The notes under the pieces: model-generated | Database searches by the model: none | What the model was told of the DNA's origin: nothing | What the model saw: only the letters and a program-made list of their open reading frames with translations | Shown: piece by piece, positions 1-9,261 of the stretch | How the letters are laid out: each line of letters opens with the position of its first letter | Numbering within the stretch: position 1 is the stretch's first letter | Position numbers and translations under genes: made by a program | DNA from: an uncultured Candidatus Saccharibacteria bacterium | GTDB lineage: Bacteria; Patescibacteriota; Saccharimonadia; Saccharimonadales; JAUPVS01 | DNA: 59,266 bases | Assembly: GCA_964627095.1 (NCBI GenBank) | Contig: CAZVKH010000005.1 | Span: 16,067-75,332 of the forward strand | Direction of reading: 5' to 3'

Positions 1-692
1 CTCTGAATCTGGCTACGCAAACCCGACACGTTCTTGGAATTATCAGAAATTAACTTCATCTGCGTATAGCTGGTGACACCAACATCGGTAAAGATGAAGC
101 TTGGTACATAGACCTCGCTGCCGGCGCCCGACTTAATGACTCCTACTACCGTGAACTCATCTTTAACTTCAGCCTTTTTAGCCTTGGGGTCTTTCATTGG
201 TATTACCAGGGTAATCTTCTTATTAATGATCTCGCTGTTCGACTTATAGCCAACTGCCTTAACGGCCGCTTCGTTTAACATAACTGAGCGGTTGTCTTCT
301 TTTTTAAGACTGCGGCCACCGCCCAATGAAAAGTCGGTTAGTTCTAAGTAGCCCTGATCAACCCCGTAAACAATGGTGTCAACCGAGCTACCACGCTGGT
401 TCATGCTACCTGGGAAAGAATACTGTAGACCGTATTTTTCGACATGCGGTAGGTTCTTAATTTTATCGACTTGCTCGTTGTTAAGCTGGACGACTTTGGA
501 GTTGGCTGAGCTTATATCGATTGACTTGACCGAACTATTACCAACAATTTCTTTAGTCACCAAGTTCTGAATGCCCAAACCGAATGACAGTAAGAAGAAG
601 ATAGCACCGATACCAATAATAACTCCAAAGATGGTCAGGAAGGTGCGGAGCTTTTTGCTAACCAGGTTGCGCCAGGCTATATATATAACCAT
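1..692 (-). CDS. ABC transporter permease, MacB/FtsX family (N-terminal part; gene runs off the window edge)
   Basis: Manual minus-strand translation from ATG at 692 gives MVIYIAWRNLVSKKLRTFLTIFGVIIGIGAIFFLLSFGLGIQNLV.... This is the first TM helix plus the large extracytoplasmic domain typical of MacB/FtsX permeases. It lies 40 nt downstream of the ABC ATPase gene. It is absent from the ORF track because it is truncated. Confidence 0.8.
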   Translation of the reverse strand, partial: MVIYIAWRNLVSKKLRTFLTIFGVIIGIGAIFFLLSFGLGIQNLVTKEIVGNSSVKSIDISSANSKVVQLNNEQVDKIKNLPHVEKYGLQYSFPGSMNQRGSSVDTIVYGVDQGYLELTDFSLGGGRSLKKEDNRSVMLNEAAVKAVGYKSNSEIINKKITLVIPMKDPKAKKAEVKDEFTVVGVIKSGAGSEVYVPSFIFTDVGVTSYTQMKLISDNSKNVSGLRSQIQ

Positions 693-732
693 TCTTAAGG
701 GAATAGCGGTAAAGCGTTTTTTTACGCCATGG

Positions 733-1548
733 TTATTGGTCTTTTCGGACGGCATCCATCATCTCCTTGGTTTGTTTGTGTTCCAAATGTTTCGAGCGCG
801 ACAGACTATTCAGACGGGCTTTCATGTTGTCTAACAACTCTTCGGCTGTTTTGGTAATTGAACCGTCGCGCATCTCTTGGATCTGGCCATCTTCAATATG
901 AATCAAATGGTCGGCCAGGGGCAGGTATTCCATGTTGTGGGTCACCAAAATAATCGTGCGCTTAAACTGGGTCTGACATTCGCGCAGCAAATTCATAATC
1001 ATGTCACCGTTCTTACTATCCAAGCTACCGGTTGGTTCGTCGGCAATAATAAACAGCGGGTCATTAACCAGCGCTCGCGCCGTAGCAATACGTTGCTGCT
1101 CACCACCAGACAGCAGTGATGGATACTTCTTGGCATACTGGCCCATATTGACACGATCCAAAGCTGTCATGGCAATCTTGGCAGCCTGCGACTTGTTGTA
1201 GCCCAAAAAGTACAGGGGCATCGACACGTTTTCGATCACACTCAGGCTTTTCACCCAGTAGTTAGTCTGGTAAACGATGCCAATGCGGTTAGCCCTAAAG
1301 TGAGCTAGTTCGTCGGGCTTAAGCGAATAGACATCCTTACCTTCGAACAGAACCTGACCCTTAGTGGGACGCTGCAAACCTGTTAAAACGTTAAGCAGTG
1401 TCGACTTACCACTACCAGATGGACCATAAATGATATTGAAGCTGTTTTCGGTCAGTTCAAAGCTAACCTTTTGCAATGGCTTAATAACTTCGTCGCCGAC
1501 TTTAAATTCCTGTTCAATGTTAGTGGCCTTAACCAGAATATTAGCCAT
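733..1548 (-). CDS. ABC transporter ATP-binding protein (MacB/LolD-like)
   Basis: Walker [10 protein letters not shown], signature LSGGEQQR, Walker B FIIADEPT and H-loop VTHN. Its start is 2 nt after the stop of the giant gene. Confidence 0.93.
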   Translation of the reverse strand: MANILVKATNIEQEFKVGDEVIKPLQKVSFELTENSFNIIYGPSGSGKSTLLNVLTGLQRPTKGQVLFEGKDVYSLKPDELAHFRANRIGIVYQTNYWVKSLSVIENVSMPLYFLGYNKSQAAKIAMTALDRVNMGQYAKKYPSLLSGGEQQRIATARALVNDPLFIIADEPTGSLDSKNGDMIMNLLRECQTQFKRTIILVTHNMEYLPLADHLIHIEDGQIQEMRDGSITKTAEELLDNMKARLNSLSRSKHLEHKQTKEMMDAVRKDQ

Positions 1549-1550
1549 AG

Positions 1551-4500
1551 TTAGAAACCAAACACTTTCTTGAGGGTATTAAGGATAATCGTCAGCACGC
1601 TGTCCGACGCTCGGCCGACGATAGCCGACTGAATCTCGCCCGTGCCAGAGTTACCGGAGCGGTCTTTGGACACCGGCTGCATGCTGTAAACGCGTGAGGT
1701 CGGTAGGTCGGACACAATCACAACGTGCTCGGTACTTAAGGCCGAATCTTCGGCCGTCTTACTGTTAAACACGGTGACGCCGGCACCATCGGCAAAGGCG
1801 ACTTGGCTGGTTGATGGCTCATCGGTCTTCCACGATACCACTACCTGACCACGGGCTTCGGCGCCAACGCCGCGAATGGCTGGTTCGATACTAATGTTAC
1901 TAATCTTCGGTGGTCGGGTATCCAAGGCGGTGCGGAAGGTTTGACGATCTGACACCGCCAAGTTGCCATCGGCGTCACGTGACTGGGCAATCAAAGTGTA
2001 TTCACTATCATCTTCTAGAGCCTTAATGACAATTTCGTGGCTAGTGACCTGCTCCGATAACTGCGCGTCGGTAGTACCACCGCCGACTTTTCCGTAGGTC
2101 ACCAAGGTAGAAGATGGCACGTTGGTATCCCAGGTTACTTTTTGAGTGCTGGTTGGTTCGCCGCTAACTGGCTGGAAGCGCAGATTGTTAATACGTGGGC
2201 GGGGCGGGGTAGTGAATGATGCCACCGTTCCTTCGTACGAGTTACCCTCGCTGTCGGATGACACTAACTTATAGAAGTACTTACTGCCGTCATCCAAACC
2301 TTCGAGCGACACATTATAGACCGACTCACTCAGCGAGGTATTAACGGCCTTTAATCCACCGTAACCTTCGTTCTTACCATAGTAAACCGCTACCTTGGTC
2401 GCATCTTTAGAAGTAAACTGAATCGTGGCGTCGGTCAGGCCAACCCGAACCGCCGAAACCTCCTTAAGACTTGGTGCTGGCGAGGTTGTAAAGGTATATT
2501 CTTGGCTGGTACCGGTGTTACCGTCTTCATCAGTCCATTTGGCCACCAGGTAGTAGGTAGTGCCAGCGCTTAGGTTGTCTAATTCTATGGCGTGGGCGCT
2601 GACTTGGGTGGAGTTACCAACTTCGGAAGAAGCATATTGACCACTAGCCGTACCAATAGCCACCTTAGAGTCGCTGGCGCGGTCGGTGCTCCAACTAATC
2701 TTGGCTTTCTTGGTAGTTACATTGCTAACGGTTGGTTCGGCCACAATCGCGGCTGGAGTAGTAAACTTACCGGTCGGAATCTGATCGACATCGGAGCTTA
2801 CCGAGCCACAGTTATTGGTGCTATCACAGGCTTTAACGTGGTAGTAATAGCGTTGAGCCGACAAACCAGCATCGATGTAGGTGGTGCTGGTGCTACTACC
2901 AACAAAGCTAAAGGTTACGTTATTGGTGGAGCGGTAGACCTTGTAGCTGGCAATACCGGCACCAGTGTAGGACGGTACATCCCAGGTTAGCGCCAGCCGC
3001 CAGTTGCTGGTCGACTTAATTGAAACGTCAACGATATCAACATTCAATGGCATACCCGGCGAAGGCGTGTTGGTCGTAAAGTCAGCCTGGGTATAGTTAG
3101 AGTAGTTAATATTGCCAGACTCATCCTTGGCCACCAAGTACATGGTGTTAAGGCCAGGTTGCGTGCCGTAAGCACCCGTACCTAAGCTAAGGGCGCCAGC
3201 ATTAGTATAAGTACAGGTGCTGTCACTCGGCAGCGTGTTAAAGGTGTAACAGTAAGTTAAGTTGTTGGCGTCGCCAATAAAGGTGGTTGGTGCAAACCAA
3301 CTAAACGAGAAGGCGTTAACCGTATTGGTAGAAGGGCTGGGCGCCAAACCTTGCGGCGCACTTGGTGCACCCGAGGTGTTAACCTTTAGAGCCGCCGTGA
3401 CATAGCTAGTGGTCACGTTACCGGCTTGGTCCCAAGTGCGGAAGGAGACCGTGTTAACACCTTCGGCGATATTAGCGTAGTCGGGTGAGTTGGACGTGGT
3501 ATAGCTACCGTCGTCGGCCAACAAGTCGCTCGAATCTCCCGTACCACTATGGCTGTCACCATACCAAGTAGTGTTACCAATCTTATACTGCAGGCCAGCA
3601 ATGCCCGAGTTATCGTCGTCGGCCGCCGCCACGCCACTGGTCGGCCAAGTCAGAGTGGCATTCTTGGTATTTATAAAGCCTGACGGAGCCGTGATGTAGC
3701 CGGGGTTAGACGGTGCCGTATTATCAAAGCGGAAGTAGAACTGCACCCCAGTGTCGGCCACGTTACCGGCATTATCGATGGCCTTAACGGTTAGGTAGTA
3801 GGCCGAATTGCTAGTAGTCAGGGCTGTACCGATATAGCCGGCTGTAGCGGTGTCTATGCTTGTGCTCGAAACTATGAACTGACAGTTATTACCAGTGCTG
3901 ACAGGGCTAGTGCCTAATAATCCCTTGGTAGTTACCGGGTCGGCCGTATTGTCGGTTCCTAAGTATAAGCAGTAGCCCTTAATGCCCGAGTCGGCGTCGG
4001 TGCCGGCTGTCCAGCTAAAGTATGGCGACGCACCATTTGTCCAAGCATTCTGGGCTAGCGACGATCCGCCGGCCGCCTTGAGCGCCGTAATATTGCTAGC
4101 ATTGGCATTCGGGTCGACACTATCCGAAGTTGAAGCCAGCGCCACGCCGTCCAATGTAACTTGTTGAGTGCCATCACCGGTCATAACAGCTTGCCAAGTA
4201 ATTCCTCCAAAACCAACCGGAAACTCATCGATATTAGCGTCAATCGTGGCAATGGCATTGGACATTGATGTGTCGGTCGACTCCACCCAGGCACTACCAT
4301 TCCAATGTTTCCAACTAGTTCCGCCGTCGTTAGACAGCCTATAGGCAATCGTGCCGCCATTGGCTGTTTCGTTACTGGTCATATTGTCAAAACTCTTAAC
4401 GCCAGCTGTACGCACGGCCGAAGCCAAGGTAACGGTTTGGGCCGATGCACTATACGGCTTGGTGGTTAGGGTAGAGCGGTAATTATTGCTAACGCGAACT

Positions 4501-7500
4501 TCGTCGAGACGGGCATCGATATAACCGGCATCGCGCGAGGCGCCACCACTACCGTAACCACTACCCATATATAGTTGTGCCGTACTGTCTGGCATACTCA
4601 AGGTCTTGGTCGCCGAACCAGTTACCGCACCGTCAACTACAATCTCCATAGTCGTACCGTTATAGCGACCGGCTACGTGGTGCCAGTTAGTATCTTGAGT
4701 CGTCGCCGAAGCTTGGGCAAAACCGTTGTCACCATAGGACCAAACCATCGCATCGGTGTTAGCCGTATCACCCATACCGGCATAAAGTTTACCCTGGAAT
4801 ACTGTCATCGTTCCGACGTTTTCGATAATGTTGTTGGTCCAACCAACACCGTCACCACCAATTGCCGTCCAGGTAGTGCCGTTATACTTATAGATCTCGC
4901 CGTCACCAGCTGTTAAACCAAGCGAGGCATACAGGTCGCCATTGTAGACCACCATACTACGAACGCGCTCGTAGCCAACGCTTTCTAGCCAGCCTAAGTT
5001 ATCGGTAGGTGGGTCAGAACTGTCGCCACCAATCTTTGTCCAAGATGGCGTAGCATCACAGGTCGTACACGACCAGACTTCGGCATCACTGTTACCAATA
5101 CCAGCCCCGGTTAAGCCAAGTCCTGCCACCAACTTATCGTTGTAGACGGCAAGGGAAGTGACTTCTTCGTAAGAGGTGTTCCAGCTAGAGAATAATCCAC
5201 TACCACCAACCTGCGTCCAAGTAGTGCCACTGCCGCTATAGCGGTAAACCCGACCTTGGTTAGTAGAGAAGCCAATACCGGCGTACAGCGTTCCTTTATA
5301 AGTCACCATCGAACCGACCCTAAAGTGAGCCGTGCCCCAGTTGCCAGAAGCGGTACCACCAATTTGCGTCCAAGCCGGGGTGCCGTCACAGTTAGTACAT
5401 TCGTAGACACGACCGTCGCCGGCCGCACTATTTCCAATACCGGCATATAACTTACCGTTAGCCACCGCCAGTGAATCGACTGTTTCAAAGCTAGTATTCC
5501 AACTCGAGCCAGTGCCGTCGCCACCCACCTTGGTCCAACTCGAACCATCGTAGCGCCAGACTTCGGCATCAGTGGTACTGGAGCCAATGCCGACATAGAG
5601 TTTATTCTTATAGTTAACCATCGACAGTACCGATTCAAAGGTGTCGGCCGCCCAACTACTATTTATTCCTTGGCCACCGATCATAGTCCAAGCACTGGTT
5701 GCCGGGTCGTACTCCCAAACCGTGGCGTTACCGGCCGTAGTATTACCAGTACCGGCATATAACTTACCGCCGACAGTCGTGGTTGACTCAACACTCTGAA
5801 AACCAGTCTGACCCCAACTCTTATTGCGATACTGTCCACCAATGCGAGCGCCGCCCCAAGCTGGGCTAGTATCACAACTAGTGCAACGCCAAACGTGGGC
5901 TAGGGTGGTATTAGATAGTCCAGCATAAACTGTCGTACCGTCCACTAACAAAGACTGCACCTGAGTGTGGGTGGCATTCCAACTACTGTTGGTAGCGTCA
6001 CCACCGACTTTAGTCCAGCTTGGGCTGGTCGAGCAACTGGTACAGCGCCAAACTTCATCTTCATTAGCAGTATTACCCAAGCCAACATAAACAGTTGTGC
6101 CGTTAGCCACGATATCCCACACCTGGTCATGCGTTGTACCCCAGTAGGTTACGGTACTTTCGGCAATCTTGGTCCAACCGGCCGTTGCTGTGCAAGACGA
6201 ACTTATGTCACAGCGCCAAACCTGGGCATCAGTAGCACTGTTACCCGTACCAACATATAAGAAGTTACCGCTGGCCGCCAAGCCAGTGACATACTCGAAG
6301 GCCGAAGCCCAGCTTTGGCCGCCACTACCAGAACCATCACCACCGCGCTTAGTCCAAACCGGTGTGCCACTGGCGCAGTTGGTAGTACACTGCCAAACCT
6401 CACCGTCGCCAGCCGTAAGCCCTAGTCCAACCACCGGGTTACCGCCAATTAAGGTCATGCTCGAAACTGTTTCGTAAGTTGTATTTGCCCAGCTGCTGTT
6501 GACACCATCACCGCCAATACGGGCACCACCCCAGTCCGGGCTAGTATCGCAACTGGTGCAACGCCAGACTTCGGCTTCGCCGGCGGCATTCGTGCCCAAA
6601 CCGGCCCACACCGTGCTGCCATTAACAGCCAAAGAGGCGACCGCCTCGTAACCACCAGCGGCCGACCAGCTACTATTGGTACTATCGCCACCAATCTTGG
6701 TCCAGCTAGTGCCGTTAAAACGCCAAACCTCGGAGTCAGCCCCCGAGTTATTGCCTAGTCCAGCGTAAAGGTAAGTCGTCCCATCGGTGGCAAGTGCTGT
6801 AACCGATTCAAAGGCATTGGCCGTTACCTGATTGGTCCAGCTACTATTAATGCCGTCGCCAGCCACTTGCTCCCAAGTACCACCGCTAGTGTCGTAGCGC
6901 CAAATCTCAGCATCGTTGCTGCTACCGCCTAAGGCCGCATAGACATATGAACCTAGCTTGACCTGTTTGGTAACGTTTTGCTTGCCGTTAGTATCCCAGC
7001 TGCGCTTGATCTTAGCACCGTTGGCATTAAGCAGATCGCCACCAGCTTGTTGCGCCCAGTTCATACCACCAGAATTTTCGAGCTCGTAGGTGACCTTACC
7101 AGTTTCGTTATCGTAATATAGCTGGTACTTACCCTTGTCGACAACGCCCTGTTTGTAAGGATGGCTACCCGGGCTAAAGGCGTTATTAAACTTAACCCAG
7201 CCTTCAACAGTATGACTACCGGTTAACGACAGCGAGGCCGAGTCATCGGCGCTGGCATTCTGGCTGGAACCGTTCAAAGCTAGGCCGTTATTTAAGTTAC
7301 CGGTTACAAAACTCGGCGTACCGCTGGTGCTACCGTTGTTACTATTACTACTAGAATCGGTCGCAGTTGTACCGCTGCTCGAGTCTAAGTGGTATAAAGC
7401 AGCCGTATTGCCGTCGTTATCATAATTCTGAGCTTTTAGGCGGGCACTGCTGCCGCTGGTTTCGACACCGCTACTTAAGTTATAGGGGGCGGCGCTAGAG

Positions 7501-7922
7501 AAGTTCCAGGTGTCATTAAGGTCGGACAGGGCATAAGCCTTTTGGTAAACTCTAAACACTAAAAAGCCGACAAACAAGATATAGATGGCGATCAGGGCGT
7601 AGTGTACCTGCGGATGTTTCTCGTAGCTATGCCATCGGTCGTACCAGGCAACTTTTCGTCTTAGGTGCTCATGCGGACGCACCGCCACGTGATGATGAAC
7701 CACCTTACTGCCGCGGCGGACGCCCACCGCTGTTACGACAGCGATTTTCTTAGAATGCCGGGCCGTGGCAGCAGCACCACGTTTAGCCACTGGTTTAACT
7801 GTTTTGTGTGTTTTTTTAAGGGCTTTTACAGATGAGTCCTTGGCTACGCGTAACCCAGAACCGGCTTTTTTGGTTGCTTTTTTGACAAAAAGCAAGCTAG
7901 CAGTTTGCTTGTTTTTCCCCAT
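1551..7922 (-). CDS. Giant (2123 aa) N-terminally anchored surface protein: basic tail, TM helix, LamG-like domain, 14 propeller-like repeats, multiple FN3/Ig-like domains
   Basis: Single uninterrupted ORF. Lys/Arg/His-rich residues 1-100 are followed by the TM helix YALIAIYILFVGFLVF. LamG_3-type motifs are present (SLSLTGSHTVEGWVKF ... NWHHVAGRYNGTTMEIVVDG ... YIDARLDEVRVSN). The C-terminal half has repeated FN3-like modules (for example KISWSTDRASDSKV...TTYYLVAKWTDEDGN). Confidence 0.85.
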   Translation of the reverse strand: MGKNKQTASLLFVKKATKKAGSGLRVAKDSSVKALKKTHKTVKPVAKRGAAATARHSKKIAVVTAVGVRRGSKVVHHHVAVRPHEHLRRKVAWYDRWHSYEKHPQVHYALIAIYILFVGFLVFRVYQKAYALSDLNDTWNFSSAAPYNLSSGVETSGSSARLKAQNYDNDGNTAALYHLDSSSGTTATDSSSNSNNGSTSGTPSFVTGNLNNGLALNGSSQNASADDSASLSLTGSHTVEGWVKFNNAFSPGSHPYKQGVVDKGKYQLYYDNETGKVTYELENSGGMNWAQQAGGDLLNANGAKIKRSWDTNGKQNVTKQVKLGSYVYAALGGSSNDAEIWRYDTSGGTWEQVAGDGINSSWTNQVTANAFESVTALATDGTTYLYAGLGNNSGADSEVWRFNGTSWTKIGGDSTNSSWSAAGGYEAVASLAVNGSTVWAGLGTNAAGEAEVWRCTSCDTSPDWGGARIGGDGVNSSWANTTYETVSSMTLIGGNPVVGLGLTAGDGEVWQCTTNCASGTPVWTKRGGDGSGSGGQSWASAFEYVTGLAASGNFLYVGTGNSATDAQVWRCDISSSCTATAGWTKIAESTVTYWGTTHDQVWDIVANGTTVYVGLGNTANEDEVWRCTSCSTSPSWTKVGGDATNSSWNATHTQVQSLLVDGTTVYAGLSNTTLAHVWRCTSCDTSPAWGGARIGGQYRNKSWGQTGFQSVESTTTVGGKLYAGTGNTTAGNATVWEYDPATSAWTMIGGQGINSSWAADTFESVLSMVNYKNKLYVGIGSSTTDAEVWRYDGSSWTKVGGDGTGSSWNTSFETVDSLAVANGKLYAGIGNSAAGDGRVYECTNCDGTPAWTQIGGTASGNWGTAHFRVGSMVTYKGTLYAGIGFSTNQGRVYRYSGSGTTWTQVGGSGLFSSWNTSYEEVTSLAVYNDKLVAGLGLTGAGIGNSDAEVWSCTTCDATPSWTKIGGDSSDPPTDNLGWLESVGYERVRSMVVYNGDLYASLGLTAGDGEIYKYNGTTWTAIGGDGVGWTNNIIENVGTMTVFQGKLYAGMGDTANTDAMVWSYGDNGFAQASATTQDTNWHHVAGRYNGTTMEIVVDGAVTGSATKTLSMPDSTAQLYMGSGYGSGGASRDAGYIDARLDEVRVSNNYRSTLTTKPYSASAQTVTLASAVRTAGVKSFDNMTSNETANGGTIAYRLSNDGGTSWKHWNGSAWVESTDTSMSNAIATIDANIDEFPVGFGGITWQAVMTGDGTQQVTLDGVALASTSDSVDPNANASNITALKAAGGSSLAQNAWTNGASPYFSWTAGTDADSGIKGYCLYLGTDNTADPVTTKGLLGTSPVSTGNNCQFIVSSTSIDTATAGYIGTALTTSNSAYYLTVKAIDNAGNVADTGVQFYFRFDNTAPSNPGYITAPSGFINTKNATLTWPTSGVAAADDDNSGIAGLQYKIGNTTWYGDSHSGTGDSSDLLADDGSYTTSNSPDYANIAEGVNTVSFRTWDQAGNVTTSYVTAALKVNTSGAPSAPQGLAPSPSTNTVNAFSFSWFAPTTFIGDANNLTYCYTFNTLPSDSTCTYTNAGALSLGTGAYGTQPGLNTMYLVAKDESGNINYSNYTQADFTTNTPSPGMPLNVDIVDVSIKSTSNWRLALTWDVPSYTGAGIASYKVYRSTNNVTFSFVGSSTSTTYIDAGLSAQRYYYHVKACDSTNNCGSVSSDVDQIPTGKFTTPAAIVAEPTVSNVTTKKAKISWSTDRASDSKVAIGTASGQYASSEVGNSTQVSAHAIELDNLSAGTTYYLVAKWTDEDGNTGTSQEYTFTTSPAPSLKEVSAVRVGLTDATIQFTSKDATKVAVYYGKNEGYGGLKAVNTSLSESVYNVSLEGLDDGSKYFYKLVSSDSEGNSYEGTVASFTTPPRPRINNLRFQPVSGEPTSTQKVTWDTNVPSSTLVTYGKVGGGTTDAQLSEQVTSHEIVIKALEDDSEYTLIAQSRDADGNLAVSDRQTFRTALDTRPPKISNISIEPAIRGVGAEARGQVVVSWKTDEPSTSQVAFADGAGVTVFNSKTAEDSALSTEHVVIVSDLPTSRVYSMQPVSKDRSGNSGTGEIQSAIVGRASDSVLTIILNTLKKVFGF
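4728..6965 (-). repeat. Intragenic array of 14 degenerate ~50-61-aa repeats (beta-propeller-blade-like) inside the giant gene
   Basis: The recurring unit is W(T/G)x(I/V)GG(D/Q)G.NSSW...(F/Y)E.V.S(L/M)....G.LY(A/V)G(L/I)G.....(A/G)EVW(R/Q/S), anchored at aa 339, 398, 451, 508, 567, 623, 676, 734, 787, 838, 891, 948, 1009 and 1059. Seven units carry a C-x(2-5)-C pair right after the anchor (CTSC, CTTNC, CDISSSC, CTSC, CTSC, CTNC, CTTC). Confidence 0.75.
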
Positions 7923-8083
7923 ATAGTGTTACCGCTTTTAATATAGCATAAAGACTATGAGTTTGAATACATTTTTTACACAGTTGCAAAGGGATTTATT
8001 TTTGCTTATTTTTCAATTACGTTGTCAAATTAACTTTACTCATGGCGGTGCGGCGCGTTATACTGATTTTTAAAGGGGGATCT

Positions 8084-8497
8084 ATGACAGAAAAAGTAAA
8101 TAAATCAGATAATTCAGTACCAATACCAACCTATTTAACGATTGGGAAGGTAATCTCGTATGCTCTATATGCCTGGGTAATCTTTGGCATAATTGTACTT
8201 GGTTTACGCGTCTTCTTGTTGGCGTTTTCGGCCAACAGCACCACACCGTTTGTGGAATTCATCTACAATACATCGGCCAGTTTCTTGCAACCGTTCCGCG
8301 GTATTTTTCCACCTAAGCCAATTGGCACAACCGGCTATCTAGACGTTGCCGCCTTATTCGCCATGATTATCTACAGCCTGCTAGCCTGGGGCTTCTCGGC
8401 CTTAATCGAATATATCAAGTACAAGATCAGCAAATTTAAGCTAGACAACGAGCCAGCCAAGCCCGTCGTATCAGTCAGGAGCCGTAATGCCAACTAA
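8084..8497 (+). CDS. YggT-family-like small membrane protein
   Basis: Contains TM helices and the motif FLQPFRGIFPPKPIGTTGYLDVAALFAMIIY, which resembles the YggT P-x-R...P...G-x-D signature. A strong SD (aaaggggga) precedes ATG 8084. The ORF-track start at 8042 is probably an upstream extension. Confidence 0.55.
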   Translation: MTEKVNKSDNSVPIPTYLTIGKVISYALYAWVIFGIIVLGLRVFLLAFSANSTTPFVEFIYNTSASFLQPFRGIFPPKPIGTTGYLDVAALFAMIIYSLLAWGFSALIEYIKYKISKFKLDNEPAKPVVSVRSRNAN

Positions 8498-8711
8498 TCT
8501 TGCCACCACTATTTTAGGTCTTAGCGCCGCCAGTTTTATGCTAGTTCTAGGTATTGTCATCTGGATTTTCATTGCTTTGTGGCCAGCCCGGGTGGCTTAC
8601 CGCAAAGGACACAGCTTTTTACTGTTCTTTATATTCAGCCTATTTTTCTTTCCAGCGGCTGTAATTACAGCTTACGTTGTTAAAGATCGTTCGCATCCCG
8701 TAGAAGCCTAG
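8487..8711 (+). CDS. Small two-TM membrane protein, unknown function
   Basis: 74-aa ORF with two hydrophobic helices. It overlaps the upstream gene by 11 nt, consistent with an operon. Confidence 0.45.
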   Translation: MPTNLATTILGLSAASFMLVLGIVIWIFIALWPARVAYRKGHSFLLFFIFSLFFFPAAVITAYVVKDRSHPVEA

Positions 8712-8715
8712 CAAC

Positions 8716-9261
8716 TTGATGACGGTAGCTATTGCTTATGGTTGGTCGGAAGGCCCTTGGCATGGTAAAAAATTACGCCGTGCCTTGCAGCAGGCCGGCT
8801 ACACAGCCACCAAGAGCCTTGCCAAAGCCGATGTAATCATTGCTCACTCCGGTGGCTGTTTTATGGTTCCCGATAACACCACCGCTCAAGTCATAATGCT
8901 AGTAGGCGTGCCGTACTGGCCCAGCCGCCATCCGCTCAAAAGTCTTCTCCATAAGGTATCTAAAGAGAAGAAGGACTGGCGCTGGATTAAGAAGACATCG
9001 TTTAATACCTTCTACCAGTTGGCTCACAGTTGGCGCTGGGTGCAGATGTACAAGGCCTGGAAACGCCTCAAACTACCCCTGAGCAGTAGCGCTAGCGTGG
9101 TGGCTATTCGCAATAATCATGATGTGTTTTCGCACCCCGAAGCCTTAAACGATTTGGCCAACCAACATGGTTGGAAACTGATTGGCTTTGACGGTACCCA
9201 CGACGACATCTGGCTAAATCCTCAGCCCTATGTCGACTTTCTGCTAAACTTACAAGTATGA
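8716..9261 (+). CDS. Hypothetical protein, possibly alpha/beta-hydrolase-like
   Basis: 181-aa ORF with a nucleophile-elbow-like IIAHSGGCF and a later THDD. Its stop overlaps the prs start (ATGA). The functional call is weak. Confidence 0.45.
   Translation: MMTVAIAYGWSEGPWHGKKLRRALQQAGYTATKSLAKADVIIAHSGGCFMVPDNTTAQVIMLVGVPYWPSRHPLKSLLHKVSKEKKDWRWIKKTSFNTFYQLAHSWRWVQMYKAWKRLKLPLSSSASVVAIRNNHDVFSHPEALNDLANQHGWKLIGFDGTHDDIWLNPQPYVDFLLNLQV

Noticed and set aside
2592-6694. About a dozen 60-130-aa ORFs on both strands inside the giant gene (for example 2592..2990, 3413..3637, 4575..4916, 5303..5638, 5967..6260, 6169..6477, 6455..6694).
   Set aside because: All lie fully within the uninterrupted 2123-aa reading frame. 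Their translations are Arg/Pro/Gly/Val-rich low-complexity sequence with no motifs. They are shadow ORFs produced by the repetitive, GC-skewed codon usage of the host gene.
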